A DNA stretch of 63,054 nucleotides from Arthrobacter sp. Lineage in GTDB: Bacteria > Actinomycetota > Actinomycetes > Actinomycetales > Micrococcaceae. The translations under genes were made by a program, and so were the position numbers. This document shows positions 1 through 8,834 of the stretch, in pieces; within the stretch, counting starts at the first letter, position 1, and each line of letters starts with the position of its first letter. The notes under the pieces are model-generated. The model searched no databases. It had not been told where the DNA came from and saw only the letters and a list, made by a program, of their open reading frames with translations. The stretch spans positions 1 to 63,054 of the forward strand of contig DATNBS010000201.1 of assembly GCA_035571895.1 (NCBI GenBank), given 5' to 3'.

Positions 1-607
1 GTGGGCCGTGTTCCTGTCCGGTCTCGGGGCCGAAGACATGGGCGGAGCCGGGACCGTGGACATGGGCGCGGCCGGGACCGTGGTTCCGCCCGGGGAGGGA
101 GGCACGCTGCTGGGCCCCGGGCGGCGGCCCGCCTTCCTGCCCGGCTGGTTCCGCGGCGGGAGCGGGGAAGCCCTGGCGCGGTGGATCGTGGACGCCGCCT
201 TCCGGGCCCCGGAAGGCCTGGCCGGGACGACGCCGCTGAACAACGACCTGCGCGCCGACAACATCGTCATCGCGGACGGGCCCGTCGACGGCTTCGCTGC
301 GGGGACCGCGTGGATCTGCGACTGGAACTTCCTGGCACTCGGACCCTGCTGGGCCGACTGGGTGGCGCTGTGGCCCGCCCTGTACGACGCCGGTCTCCCC
401 TGGGCGGAATTCAGCTCCTGGGAGCTGGCTGCCGGGGCCCGGGCGGAGGACATCGACGCATGGTTGTCGCTCGTGTTCCTCTTCTACGTGCGGGCCGGTT
501 CCCGGCCACCGGTGCCGACCAGCCCCGATCTGCGGCCCCACCAGCGCCTGTGCGCGCGCCAGACACTGGCCGTGCTGGCGGCCCGGAGCCGGCTCCGGCG
601 GGCGTGA
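1..607 (+). CDS. aminoglycoside phosphotransferase (APH)-family kinase, 5'-truncated by window
   Basis: NNDLRADN (Brenner-type HxDLxxxN variant) followed by ICDWN and GPxWAD; ORF appears to run off the left edge. Confidence 0.65.
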   Translation, partial: WAVFLSGLGAEDMGGAGTVDMGAAGTVVPPGEGGTLLGPGRRPAFLPGWFRGGSGEALARWIVDAAFRAPEGLAGTTPLNNDLRADNIVIADGPVDGFAAGTAWICDWNFLALGPCWADWVALWPALYDAGLPWAEFSSWELAAGARAEDIDAWLSLVFLFYVRAGSRPPVPTSPDLRPHQRLCARQTLAVLAARSRLRRA

Positions 608-631
608 CCTGTCCGCCGCTGCCCGCTGCGG

Positions 632-1675
632 CTATCCGCCGGTGCGCAGCTGGTCGAGGGCATCCGCCAGCTGGGTGATCCGGTGCAGGACGCGGCGGAC
701 CGTGTCCGGGGTCGTTTCCTCCAACCCCGGGGCCGGCAGCAGCGTCAAGGCGCCCAGTGCCGCATCCGGCAATCCGAGCGTCCGGAAGGGCCGGTGGACG
801 GTGTCCACGGCTGCGGTGACGCCCGGCAGCTCGCGGAGGGGGTCGATCGCCTCGAGCCACAGCTGGCCGCCGCCATCGACGAGTTCGGCGCAGCGCTCCC
901 AGGCGGACCGGTCGGCATCGGCGGGCAGGCAGACGGTGTCGAAGCCGGCGGAGAGGCCGTCGTTGATGACGTCGGGCCAGGTGGTGCCGGCAGAGGCGGT
1001 GGAGGCGAACCCCCGCCCCGGGGAGAGCACGACCGTTTCGGCCCCGGCAGCGCGCAGGGCGGCCACCAGCCCCGACCACCGGTCGAGGGCCTCGTGCCGC
1101 GCCACCGCGCGCAGCGACCGGTAACCGCTGGCCGTGGGGATCGTCCCGCCGAGGACGGCCGCGGTGTCGGGTTCCTCGACCACGACGACCAGCGGGGCGG
1201 CGCCGGTCACCCGGTCCACGTCGCGCAGGTGCGCCGCGGCCCCGTCGGCGAGGGATGCGGCCAGGTCCCGGCGGGCACCGGCGTCGGAGAGGATCTTCTC
1301 CCCGTGGTGCAGCGCGATGGTGGCGGCCAGCGACAGCGGGCCGCGCAGCTGCAGTTTCACGGCGCCGGCGGCCGATCCTGCCTCCCCGACCACGTCGGCC
1401 AATACCCCCAGATCGGTGGCGAGGGCGGAAGCGGCACGCCGGTGGTCCAGCCCCGGATGGTCGGTCAACCGCCAGCCGTGCGGCTGCACATCGGCGTACA
1501 GCTCGGTGAGCATGGCTGCGGTGCGTCCGACGGCATCGGAGCCGACGCCCCGGGCGGGCAACTGGATGAGGTGGGGCAGGTGAGGGTGGCCGAGTTCGCC
1601 GCGGACGATGCGGGTGGCCTCGACGGGATCGGTGCCGGGCAGGGGCCCCTGCCCGGTGGCGCGGACGCTGCTCAG
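632..1675 (-). CDS. cobalamin-independent methionine synthase (MetE C-terminal)-like protein, apparently degenerate
   Basis: N-term TGQGPLPGTDP...LPHLIQLPARGVGSDAVGRTAA and KLQLRGPLSLAA typical of the actinobacterial family found near mnmA; start extended to CTG at 1675 behind AGGAGG. Confidence 0.65.
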   Translation of the reverse strand: MSSVRATGQGPLPGTDPVEATRIVRGELGHPHLPHLIQLPARGVGSDAVGRTAAMLTELYADVQPHGWRLTDHPGLDHRRAASALATDLGVLADVVGEAGSAAGAVKLQLRGPLSLAATIALHHGEKILSDAGARRDLAASLADGAAAHLRDVDRVTGAAPLVVVVEEPDTAAVLGGTIPTASGYRSLRAVARHEALDRWSGLVAALRAAGAETVVLSPGRGFASTASAGTTWPDVINDGLSAGFDTVCLPADADRSAWERCAELVDGGGQLWLEAIDPLRELPGVTAAVDTVHRPFRTLGLPDAALGALTLLPAPGLEETTPDTVRRVLHRITQLADALDQLRTGG

Positions 1676-2064
1676 CGCTCGTCGCCTCCTTCGGGGGTGC
1701 GCGATGCCGAGATCGCCTGGTGGTGGCGGATGACCTCCTCGATGACGAAGTTCAGGAACTTCTCGGCGAATGCCGGGTCGAGGTGGGCCTCGGCGGCCAG
1801 CTGGCGCAGCCGGGCGATCTGGGCGGTTTCGCGGTTCGGGTCCGCCGGTGGCAGGCGGTGCTCGGCCTTGAGGTGGCCGACTTTCTGGGTGGCCTTGAAC
1901 CGTTCGGCCAGCAGGTAGATCAGGGTCGCGTCGATGTTGTCGATGCTGCCGCGTACGTCCAGCAGTTCGCGCATGACGGCGGGGTCGACACTGCCCGCCA
2001 GGGAGGATGCTGTGGGGTCGTATTCCCCGTCCACGGAGGGCTGGGGGTCCGGCTCGTTGCTCAT
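1672..2064 (-). CDS. chorismate mutase (AroQ, type II)
   Basis: RGSIDNIDATLIYLLAERFKATQKVG...DPNRE...LDPAFAEKFLNF. Confidence 0.9.
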   Translation of the reverse strand: MSNEPDPQPSVDGEYDPTASSLAGSVDPAVMRELLDVRGSIDNIDATLIYLLAERFKATQKVGHLKAEHRLPPADPNRETAQIARLRQLAAEAHLDPAFAEKFLNFVIEEVIRHHQAISASRTPEGGDER

Positions 2065-2105
2065 GATTTCCATCCTACTGATGCCCCCGCCAATGCCCGG
2101 AGGTG

Positions 2106-3029
2106 TTACGCGGCGTGTGCCCTGCCGCGGGGAAGGCGCCACAGCAGCACGGCGGCCAGGAGAGCGGGCAGGATCCACCCGGTCCACCCCAGCGGGGCGA
2201 CCACGAGCATGTCCAGGTCCGTGGTGGCGGCGAAGACCAGGAACAGCCCACCGGCGGCGTTCAGGGCGCCGTGGGCCAGGGCGGCGGGCCAGACGCTTCC
2301 GGAGGCCAGGCGCAGCCAGGCGAAGACCGCCCCGAAGCTGGTCGTCATGCCCACCATGGCCAGCAGCGCCAGCCACCCCGGGACGCCGGGGTAGTTGTAG
2401 CCGAGCAGGATCAACGGGGCGTGCCAGAGTCCCCACACCACGCCCGAGACGAGCACGGTGGCCGTCGTGCCCAGGGGTTCGAGCCGGGACACCAGCCAGC
2501 CGCGCCAGCCGATTTCCTCGCCGAGGGCCGGGACCAGGTTGATGAACGAGCCGATCAGCACGTTGACCAGCTGTCCGAGCACCAGCAGCCAGGCCGGCAA
2601 GGCCGCCAGCTGGTCCGCGGCCTGTGGCACTTGCCGGGCCATGATCCCCCGCAGCGCCGACAGGTGCGCGAAATCCGCGGGGTACAGCCCCATGGCCGCT
2701 CCCAGCAGCAGCCCGCCGAGCACCAGCAGGATCGGCAGCAGCAGCCCGGCGGCCAGGAACGCGATGAAGGGGCCGGCCGGTTTCAGCGGCCACAAGCCCA
2801 GGCTCCGGGCGATCCCCGGGCCGCCGGGGCGCCGACCCCGGGGTTCGGCGAAGCGGACGACCAGCAACGCGGCCACGGTGGGGGCGAGCATCATCACCAG
2901 TGCGTAGACGGAGAACAGCGGGTCCCCGATGCCCCGGCCCCCGATCCACAACGGCAGGGCCACCAGCCAGGCCAACGCGTAGGCCGCCACGATGTAGAGC
3001 ACGATCGGCTTCGGGCGGACGGGTCGCAT
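2106..3029 (-). CDS. CPBP (CAAX protease/Abi) family intramembrane metalloprotease
   Basis: GEEIGWRG, WGLWH, HGALN motifs; multiple TM helices. Confidence 0.9.
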   Translation of the reverse strand: MRPVRPKPIVLYIVAAYALAWLVALPLWIGGRGIGDPLFSVYALVMMLAPTVAALLVVRFAEPRGRRPGGPGIARSLGLWPLKPAGPFIAFLAAGLLLPILLVLGGLLLGAAMGLYPADFAHLSALRGIMARQVPQAADQLAALPAWLLVLGQLVNVLIGSFINLVPALGEEIGWRGWLVSRLEPLGTTATVLVSGVVWGLWHAPLILLGYNYPGVPGWLALLAMVGMTTSFGAVFAWLRLASGSVWPAALAHGALNAAGGLFLVFAATTDLDMLVVAPLGWTGWILPALLAAVLLWRLPRGRAHAA

Positions 3030-3149
3030 GCGGCGGGCACCTCGGGATGACGGGGGTGGGGACTGGTCCCAGCCTATCCTTGCCCGCAACCGGCACCAGC
3101 CCGCCCGGCCGGTCCCTCCGGGGCGGTGATGGCCTACAGTGGGAGGGCC

Positions 3150-3515
3150 ATGATGAGTAGACGAGACGCCGCGATCGCCCTGGACATCCCCTTGGAGATG
3201 GCCACCAAGCACGGGATCCCGTCCCGCCTATCCGAGGCCGACTTGGCCGACCTGCAGGCCCACCCGCCGCAGTGGCTCACGCAGTCACGGGCGAACCGCC
3301 AGGGCAAGCGCCCGGTCTGGGTGCACCTGACCTGCGCGGTCTGCGGCCGCACGGAGGCCGCGCGGCCGAAGAAGTGGTGGCCGGACTTCGACTTCTGCTT
3401 CTGCGACACGCATGCGCCCCGCGAGCTGCCGCAGGTGCCGGCCGGGCGGGTGCGCTGCGAGTACGAGCAGGTGGCGGGCCGGTTGACCGGCGTGGTCGAC
3501 GAAGCCGCACGCTAG
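3150..3515 (+). CDS. small hypothetical protein with putative Zn-binding CxxC...CxxH
   Basis: GC3-rich codon usage; PPQWL motif, CAVC and CFCDTH; TACAGT -10-like hexamer upstream. Confidence 0.6.
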   Translation: MMSRRDAAIALDIPLEMATKHGIPSRLSEADLADLQAHPPQWLTQSRANRQGKRPVWVHLTCAVCGRTEAARPKKWWPDFDFCFCDTHAPRELPQVPAGRVRCEYEQVAGRLTGVVDEAAR

Positions 3516-3600
3516 CTGCGCGTCCCGGGCAGGACCGGCAGGCAGGACCGGCAGGTCGGCTCCAGCGCTCCGCGAACGCCGCACCCCGTGCGGGCTGCAG

Positions 3601-4749
3601 TCAGGAAACGCCGGCTGGATCCCAGGCGAGGCTGCGCGCCGTGTCGATGGTCGCCTGCCCCAGCACGCGGGTTGCCTGGTAGATGACCATGGTCTGGCCG
3701 GGCGAGACGCCCTGCAGCGGCTCGTCCACGTCCACGACCAGTTCCCGCACGACGGCGGTGCCCTCCCCCGTGGCATCCTCCAGCCATGCGGTGGCCGGGA
3801 CCGGATCCGCGTGGGCACGCACCTGCACCATGCACTTGAAGCGCTCCCCGGCCAGGGCCTGCGCCAGTGGCTGTCCGGCCCAGCTGACCTTGATCCCACG
3901 CAGGCGGTCCACGGCGAGCAGGTCCTTGGGCCCGACGACGACCTGGTTTTCCTTCGGGCGGATCTCCAGAACGAAGCGCGGCTTGCCGTCGGGGGCGGGA
4001 CGGCCGATCTTCAGGCCCTTGCGCTGCCCCACGGTGAACGCGTTGGCGCCGGGGTGGCTGCCCACGGAATTGCCCTCGTGGTCTAGGATCTCTCCCTCGG
4101 ACAACTCGATGCGCTCCTCGAGCCATCCGCGGGTGTCGCCGTCGGGGATGAAGCAGATGTCGTGGCTGTCCGGCTTCTTGGCCACGGAGAGGCCACGGCG
4201 TTCGGCTTCGGCGCGCACCTCGGCCTTCGAGGGGGTGTCGGCCAGCGGGAACAGTGAGTGCGCCAGCTGCTCGCCAGTGAGCACGCCGAGCACGTAGGAC
4301 TGGTCCTTGGCCCAGTCCGCGGCCCGGTGCAGTTCGGGGTTGCCGTCGGCATCGGTGACCACCTTGGCGTAGTGGCCGGTGCACACGGCGTCGAAGCCCA
4401 GGGCTAGGGCCTTTTCCAGCAGCGCGGCGAACTTGATGCGCTCGTTGCAGCGCATGCACGGGTTCGGCGTACGGCCAGCGGCATATTCGGCGATGAAGTC
4501 GTCCACGACGTCTTCCTTGAACCGTTCGGAGAAGTCCCAGACGTAGTAGGGGATGCCGAGCTTGTCGCAGGCGCGCCAGGCGTCGTTGGAGTCCTCCACG
4601 GTGCAGCAACCGCGGCTGCCGGTGCGCAAGGTCCCGGGCATGCGGGAGAGCGCCAGGTGGACGCCCACGACGTCGTGCCCGGCGTCGACGGCGCGTGCCG
4701 CCGCCACCGCCGAGTCGACCCCGCCGCTCATTGCTGCCAAAACCCTCAT
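3601..4749 (-). CDS. mnmA: tRNA 2-thiouridine(34) synthase
   Basis: [37 protein letters not shown]. Confidence 0.97.
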   Translation of the reverse strand: MRVLAAMSGGVDSAVAAARAVDAGHDVVGVHLALSRMPGTLRTGSRGCCTVEDSNDAWRACDKLGIPYYVWDFSERFKEDVVDDFIAEYAAGRTPNPCMRCNERIKFAALLEKALALGFDAVCTGHYAKVVTDADGNPELHRAADWAKDQSYVLGVLTGEQLAHSLFPLADTPSKAEVRAEAERRGLSVAKKPDSHDICFIPDGDTRGWLEERIELSEGEILDHEGNSVGSHPGANAFTVGQRKGLKIGRPAPDGKPRFVLEIRPKENQVVVGPKDLLAVDRLRGIKVSWAGQPLAQALAGERFKCMVQVRAHADPVPATAWLEDATGEGTAVVRELVVDVDEPLQGVSPGQTMVIYQATRVLGQATIDTARSLAWDPAGVS

Positions 4750-5984
4750 GCCGATAATCCCGTTCCTGCCGTTTGGATGCTGCTTTGCCTGGCGGCCATT
4801 CCCGCCTGCCTGGCCCGTTGGTGTGCTTCGGGCAAGGCGGCCACCAACGTCTGAACGTCGGCAACCGTCGTCGTATGCCCGAGCGTGAACCGCTGGGCCC
4901 CGCGGGCCGCCTCCTCGCTGTAGCCCATGGCCAACAGCACGTGGCTGGGGCGGGGGACGCCGGCCGTGCAGGCCGAACCGGTCGAGGACTGCACCCCGAG
5001 CATGTCCAGCACGAAGAGCAGCGAGTCGCCCTCGCAGCCGGGGAAGGTGAAGTGGGCGTTGCCGGGCAGCCGCTCCCCCGCATGGCCGGCATCGGCAGGA
5101 CCCGAGAGCACGGCATCGGGCACCGCGGCGAGCACGCCGTCGATGAGGGCATCGCGCAGGCCCGCCAGCCGCTCCGCCTCGGCGGCCATCCGGGAGGCCC
5201 CCTCTTCGGCGGCTGCGGCGAAGGCCGCCGCCGCCGCGGTGTTCAGGGTGCCCGAGCGCAGGGCGCGTTCGTGGCCTCCACCGTGCTGGACGGCAGTCAG
5301 GACGATGTCGCGGCGCACCAGCAGCGCGCCGATGCCGACGGGACCGCCGATCTTGTGGGCGCTGACGGCCAGGGTGGCCAGGCCGGAGTCGCGGAAGCCG
5401 ACGGGGACGGAGGTGAAGGCCTGGACGGCGTCGGAGTGCACGGGGATGCCGTGCGGGGCGGCCAGGGCGACCGCCTCGGCGACCGGCTGGACCGTGCCGA
5501 CCTCGTTGTTGGCCCACATCACCGTGACCAGGGCAATCGAGGACGGGTCGCGGGCGATGTCGGCCTCGAGCGCATCGAGCCGGATCCGGCCGGTGGAGTC
5601 GACGTCGATCCAGGTGACCTCGGCGCCTTCATGGGCGGCGAGCCATTCGACGGTATCGAGCACGGCGTGGTGTTCGACGGTGCTGCAGAGGATCCGCCGT
5701 CGTGCCGGATCCTGGGCGGAGCGGGCCCAGTACAGCCCCTTGATGGCCAGGTTGTCGGACTCGGTGCCCCCGGAGGTGAAGATGACCTCGGAGGGGTGGG
5801 CGCCCACGGCGGCGGCCAGGCGTTCACGCGATTCCTCGACCACGCGGTGGGCACGGCGGCCCGCACCGTGCAGGGAGGATGGGTTCCCCGTACGGCTCAT
5901 TTCCTCGGTCATCGCGGCGAGCGCGGACGCCGACATCGGCGTGGTCGCCGCGTGGTCGAAGTACACGGGCTGGGTGGCGGACAC
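4746..5984 (-). CDS. iscS: cysteine desulfurase (IscS/NifS-type)
   Basis: [32 protein letters not shown]; ATGA overlap with mnmA. Confidence 0.92.
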   Translation of the reverse strand: MSATQPVYFDHAATTPMSASALAAMTEEMSRTGNPSSLHGAGRRAHRVVEESRERLAAAVGAHPSEVIFTSGGTESDNLAIKGLYWARSAQDPARRRILCSTVEHHAVLDTVEWLAAHEGAEVTWIDVDSTGRIRLDALEADIARDPSSIALVTVMWANNEVGTVQPVAEAVALAAPHGIPVHSDAVQAFTSVPVGFRDSGLATLAVSAHKIGGPVGIGALLVRRDIVLTAVQHGGGHERALRSGTLNTAAAAAFAAAAEEGASRMAAEAERLAGLRDALIDGVLAAVPDAVLSGPADAGHAGERLPGNAHFTFPGCEGDSLLFVLDMLGVQSSTGSACTAGVPRPSHVLLAMGYSEEAARGAQRFTLGHTTTVADVQTLVAALPEAHQRARQAGMAARQSSIQTAGTGLSA

Positions 5985-6014
5985 CGGTCGATTCTACCGC
6001 CGGTGCCGTCGATG

Positions 6015-6869
6015 TCAGTACCCGTCCAGCTCCGCGGCGGGGTTGATCCGGTCACCATTGCTGCCCAGATCGGCGTCGAGGGTGATGGCCAGCGCCTCGA
6101 TCCGCGGGTCGCGGGCCAGTTCGCGGACCAGCCCGGCCGGGCCGCCGAGGATGGTCGAGTCCTCGTAGAGCTCCGTGGAGAGCATCCAGGAACGGTCGAC
6201 CCCCCAGGCCAGGTTCGGCGCCTGGCGCTCGGCGAAACCGTCCCCCGCTTTCCACAGCGGCGAGGCCAGGTCGTCCAGGGTCCCGGAAAAGACGTAGAAG
6301 GCCCGGTAGCCCTGCGGGCCCAGGTCCAGCTTGCCCGCGTCGCGGACGTCCTGGGTGAAGGCCGGGCGCTTGAGCTGGTCACGCAGTACCCGTTCGCGTT
6401 CGGCTGCCTCGGGGTCCGTGGCCGGTTCCTCCGTGCTGAGGATCTCAACCGCTTCACCGCCGCGGATGAAGGCGTAGCCGTCCCACAGGGCCAGATAGGC
6501 CCCCGGACCGGCATGGTGGGAGATGATGTCGGCCACCGCAGCCAGGTCCGCTGCGGGCAGGCCATCGCCGCTGGGCGGCTCCCCGGCCCAGGCGTCCTCG
6601 CTCCAGGGCAGCCCGGTCTCGTCGAGGCCGGAGAGGGCGGCAAACTGTGCGCCGGCGTGGAAGGTGGTGCCGCGCTCGGCGGCGATGCCGGCCCAGCGCA
6701 CGGGGTGGCCGTCCTCATCGGAGGCCGGATGGAAGATCCGTGCGTAGGCGGGGAAGCCCGCCGGGATCTGCGCGGCGGCGGTCGAGACCGGGGGCCGCTG
6801 GGAAAGGATGTCGGCGAGCGCGTCGGCGATCCACTGTCCGGGCTCTGCCCCGGCGAACGTCATGGCCAT
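6015..6869 (-). CDS. conserved actinobacterial hypothetical protein
   Basis: IPAGFPAYARIFHPA, ALWDGY, PNLAW..DRSW...TE...DSTILGG; leaderless TAGGCT-7nt-ATG. Confidence 0.7.
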   Translation of the reverse strand: MAMTFAGAEPGQWIADALADILSQRPPVSTAAAQIPAGFPAYARIFHPASDEDGHPVRWAGIAAERGTTFHAGAQFAALSGLDETGLPWSEDAWAGEPPSGDGLPAADLAAVADIISHHAGPGAYLALWDGYAFIRGGEAVEILSTEEPATDPEAAERERVLRDQLKRPAFTQDVRDAGKLDLGPQGYRAFYVFSGTLDDLASPLWKAGDGFAERQAPNLAWGVDRSWMLSTELYEDSTILGGPAGLVRELARDPRIEALAITLDADLGSNGDRINPAAELDGY

Positions 6870-6932
6870 GCCGACCAGCCTACAAGCCGGTTGCTGGTAG
6901 AAATGAAGCACCCGTCCCGAGGAGCGTGACCC

Positions 6933-7856
6933 GTGAGCCTCTACTTGCCCGAGCTCATCCACCCCATCCACCACTTCGCGCACCGGACCATCGACTTCTC
7001 CCGGGAAGTGGCCGTGATGGCCATCATCAACCGCACCCCGGACAGCTTCTACGACGGCGGGGCAACCTTCGCCCTCGACGCCGCCGTGCGCGCCGCGCTG
7101 CAGGCCGTCGAGGACGGGGCACAGTGGCTGGACATCGGAGGGGTCCCCTTCGCCCCGGGGCCGGAGCTTCCCTGGCAGGAGGAGGCCGACCGGGTCGTGC
7201 CCGTCATCCGGGCCATCCGCGAGCAGACCGATGCCATCATCTCCGCCGACACATTCCAACCCCGGGTCGCCGCCGCGGCGATCGAGGCCGGGGCCGACGT
7301 CGTCAACGACACCACCGGCCTGAGCCATCCCGACCTGGCCCGCGTGGTGGCCGGGAGCGGGGCCCACCTGGTCATCACCCATTCGCTGGCCCGTCCGCGC
7401 ACCGCCTATCCCCGGCCCGCCTATGCCGACGTGGCCGGGGAGGTGGCCCGGTTCCTGCAGGACAAGGTGCAACGGGCGCAGAGCCTGGGGGTCGAGGGGT
7501 CGAAGATCGTCATCGACCCCGGACACGACCTGAACAAGAACACCCTGCACACCCTGGAGGTCACGCGGCGGCTCGCCGAGATCGCCGCGCTGGGCTACCC
7601 GGTGTTGGCGGCGGTCTCCAACAAGGACTTCATCGGCGAGACCCTGGACCAGCCCAAGTCCGCACGCCTGCCCGGCTCCCTCGCCGCGGCCACGCTCTGT
7701 CTGGTGAACGGGGCCCGGATCCTGCGCATGCACAACGTCCCCGAATCGGTCGCTGCCGCGCGGATGTTCGAGGCCGTGGCGGGATGGCGCGAACCGGCCT
7801 ACCTGAAGCACAACATGGGCGAGGCCAACGAACCGGCCCAGGTGACGGGGCACTAG
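6933..7856 (+). CDS. dihydropteroate synthase-like protein (FolP2-type)
   Basis: MAIINRTPDSFYDGG, DIGG, ISADT, IDPGHD, SNKDF, LRMHNV. Confidence 0.88.
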   Translation: MSLYLPELIHPIHHFAHRTIDFSREVAVMAIINRTPDSFYDGGATFALDAAVRAALQAVEDGAQWLDIGGVPFAPGPELPWQEEADRVVPVIRAIREQTDAIISADTFQPRVAAAAIEAGADVVNDTTGLSHPDLARVVAGSGAHLVITHSLARPRTAYPRPAYADVAGEVARFLQDKVQRAQSLGVEGSKIVIDPGHDLNKNTLHTLEVTRRLAEIAALGYPVLAAVSNKDFIGETLDQPKSARLPGSLAAATLCLVNGARILRMHNVPESVAAARMFEAVAGWREPAYLKHNMGEANEPAQVTGH

Positions 7857-7865
7857 GTTGGTCCC

Positions 7866-8636
7866 ATGGTCCAGCAACTGATCCCCGCCCGCCCACACGA
7901 CGCCGGTTCGGCGCTGACGGACGAACAGCTCCTGTCCCTCTACGATCCCGGGACCGGCCCCCTGGTGCGCTTCAACTTCGTCTGTTCGGCGGACGGTGCG
8001 GCCACCTCGAGCGGCCGGTCCGGCGGGCTGGGCACCGCGGCCGACCAGCGCCTCTTCGCGTTGATGCGCCGACCTGCCGACGTGATCCTCGTCGGTGCCG
8101 GCACCCTCCGGGCCGAGGGCTACGCCGGCGAGCTGATCGACGCCCGGGCCCGGGCGTGGCGTCGGGAACGGGGCCTGCCCGAGCACCCGGGCATCGCCGT
8201 CGTCTCCGGTTCCCTCGACCTGGATCCGGAATCGGCGTTCTTCGCCGAGGCCCCCGCGCCGATCATTGTCTTCACGACGGCTGCCTCCGATCCCGGCCGC
8301 CGCCGATCCCTGGAGCGCGTGGCCGACGTCGTCACCGCCGGAGACGGCGACGTCGAGCCCCGGCAGGTGGTCGCCCGGTTGGCCGAACGCGGCCACCGGA
8401 TAGTGCACTCCGAGGGCGGCCCCTCGCTTTTCGCGGCGTTCCAGCGGGCCGATGCCGTCGACAGCCTGTGCCTGTCGATCAGCCCGCTGCTGGCCGGCGG
8501 TGCCGGCATGCGCATCGCCAGCGGCTTCACCTCGGACCTCCAACCGGTCGATTTGACCCTGTTGCTCGAGGAGGAGGGCGCCCTGTTCACCGAGTACCGG
8601 CGCCGCCGGCCCGGGAACGCCCCGGGGTCGGCGTAG
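7866..8636 (+). CDS. RibD C-terminal domain (pyrimidine reductase / DHFR-like) protein
   Basis: NFVCSADG, ILVGAGTLRAEGY, SEGGP motifs. Confidence 0.88.
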   Translation: MVQQLIPARPHDAGSALTDEQLLSLYDPGTGPLVRFNFVCSADGAATSSGRSGGLGTAADQRLFALMRRPADVILVGAGTLRAEGYAGELIDARARAWRRERGLPEHPGIAVVSGSLDLDPESAFFAEAPAPIIVFTTAASDPGRRRSLERVADVVTAGDGDVEPRQVVARLAERGHRIVHSEGGPSLFAAFQRADAVDSLCLSISPLLAGGAGMRIASGFTSDLQPVDLTLLLEEEGALFTEYRRRRPGNAPGSA

Positions 8637-8683
8637 GCTCCGCGGAGGTTCTGCGGAGGTTCCGCCTCGGTTCCGCGTAGGAT
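8629..8683 (+). repeat. five phased imperfect 11-nt direct repeats ending in a TAGGAT -10 element
   Basis: cggcgtaggct/ccgcggaggtt/ctgcggaggtt/ccgcctcggtt/ccgcgtaggat. Confidence 0.6.
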
Positions 8684-8759
8684 GGGGGGCCGTTCGGTAT
8701 ACCCCGTCCGATCGGGGCGGAACCCGGTGCCGGGCCCGATCGTTCGGGATTAACGACGG

Positions 8760-8801
8760 CAACACCAGGACAGCAACACGAGAACAGCAACACCAGGACA
8801 A
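8760..8801 (+). repeat. three tandem 14-nt A/C-rich repeats
   Basis: caacaccaggacag/caacacgagaacag/caacaccaggacaa. Confidence 0.85.
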
Positions 8802-8834
8802 GGGCCGCCGGGGGCGGCCGGCGAAAGGTCAGGC

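Noticed and set aside
8760-8801. Repeats as a possible mini-CRISPR
   Set aside because: 14-nt units are directly tandem with no spacers and no cas genes
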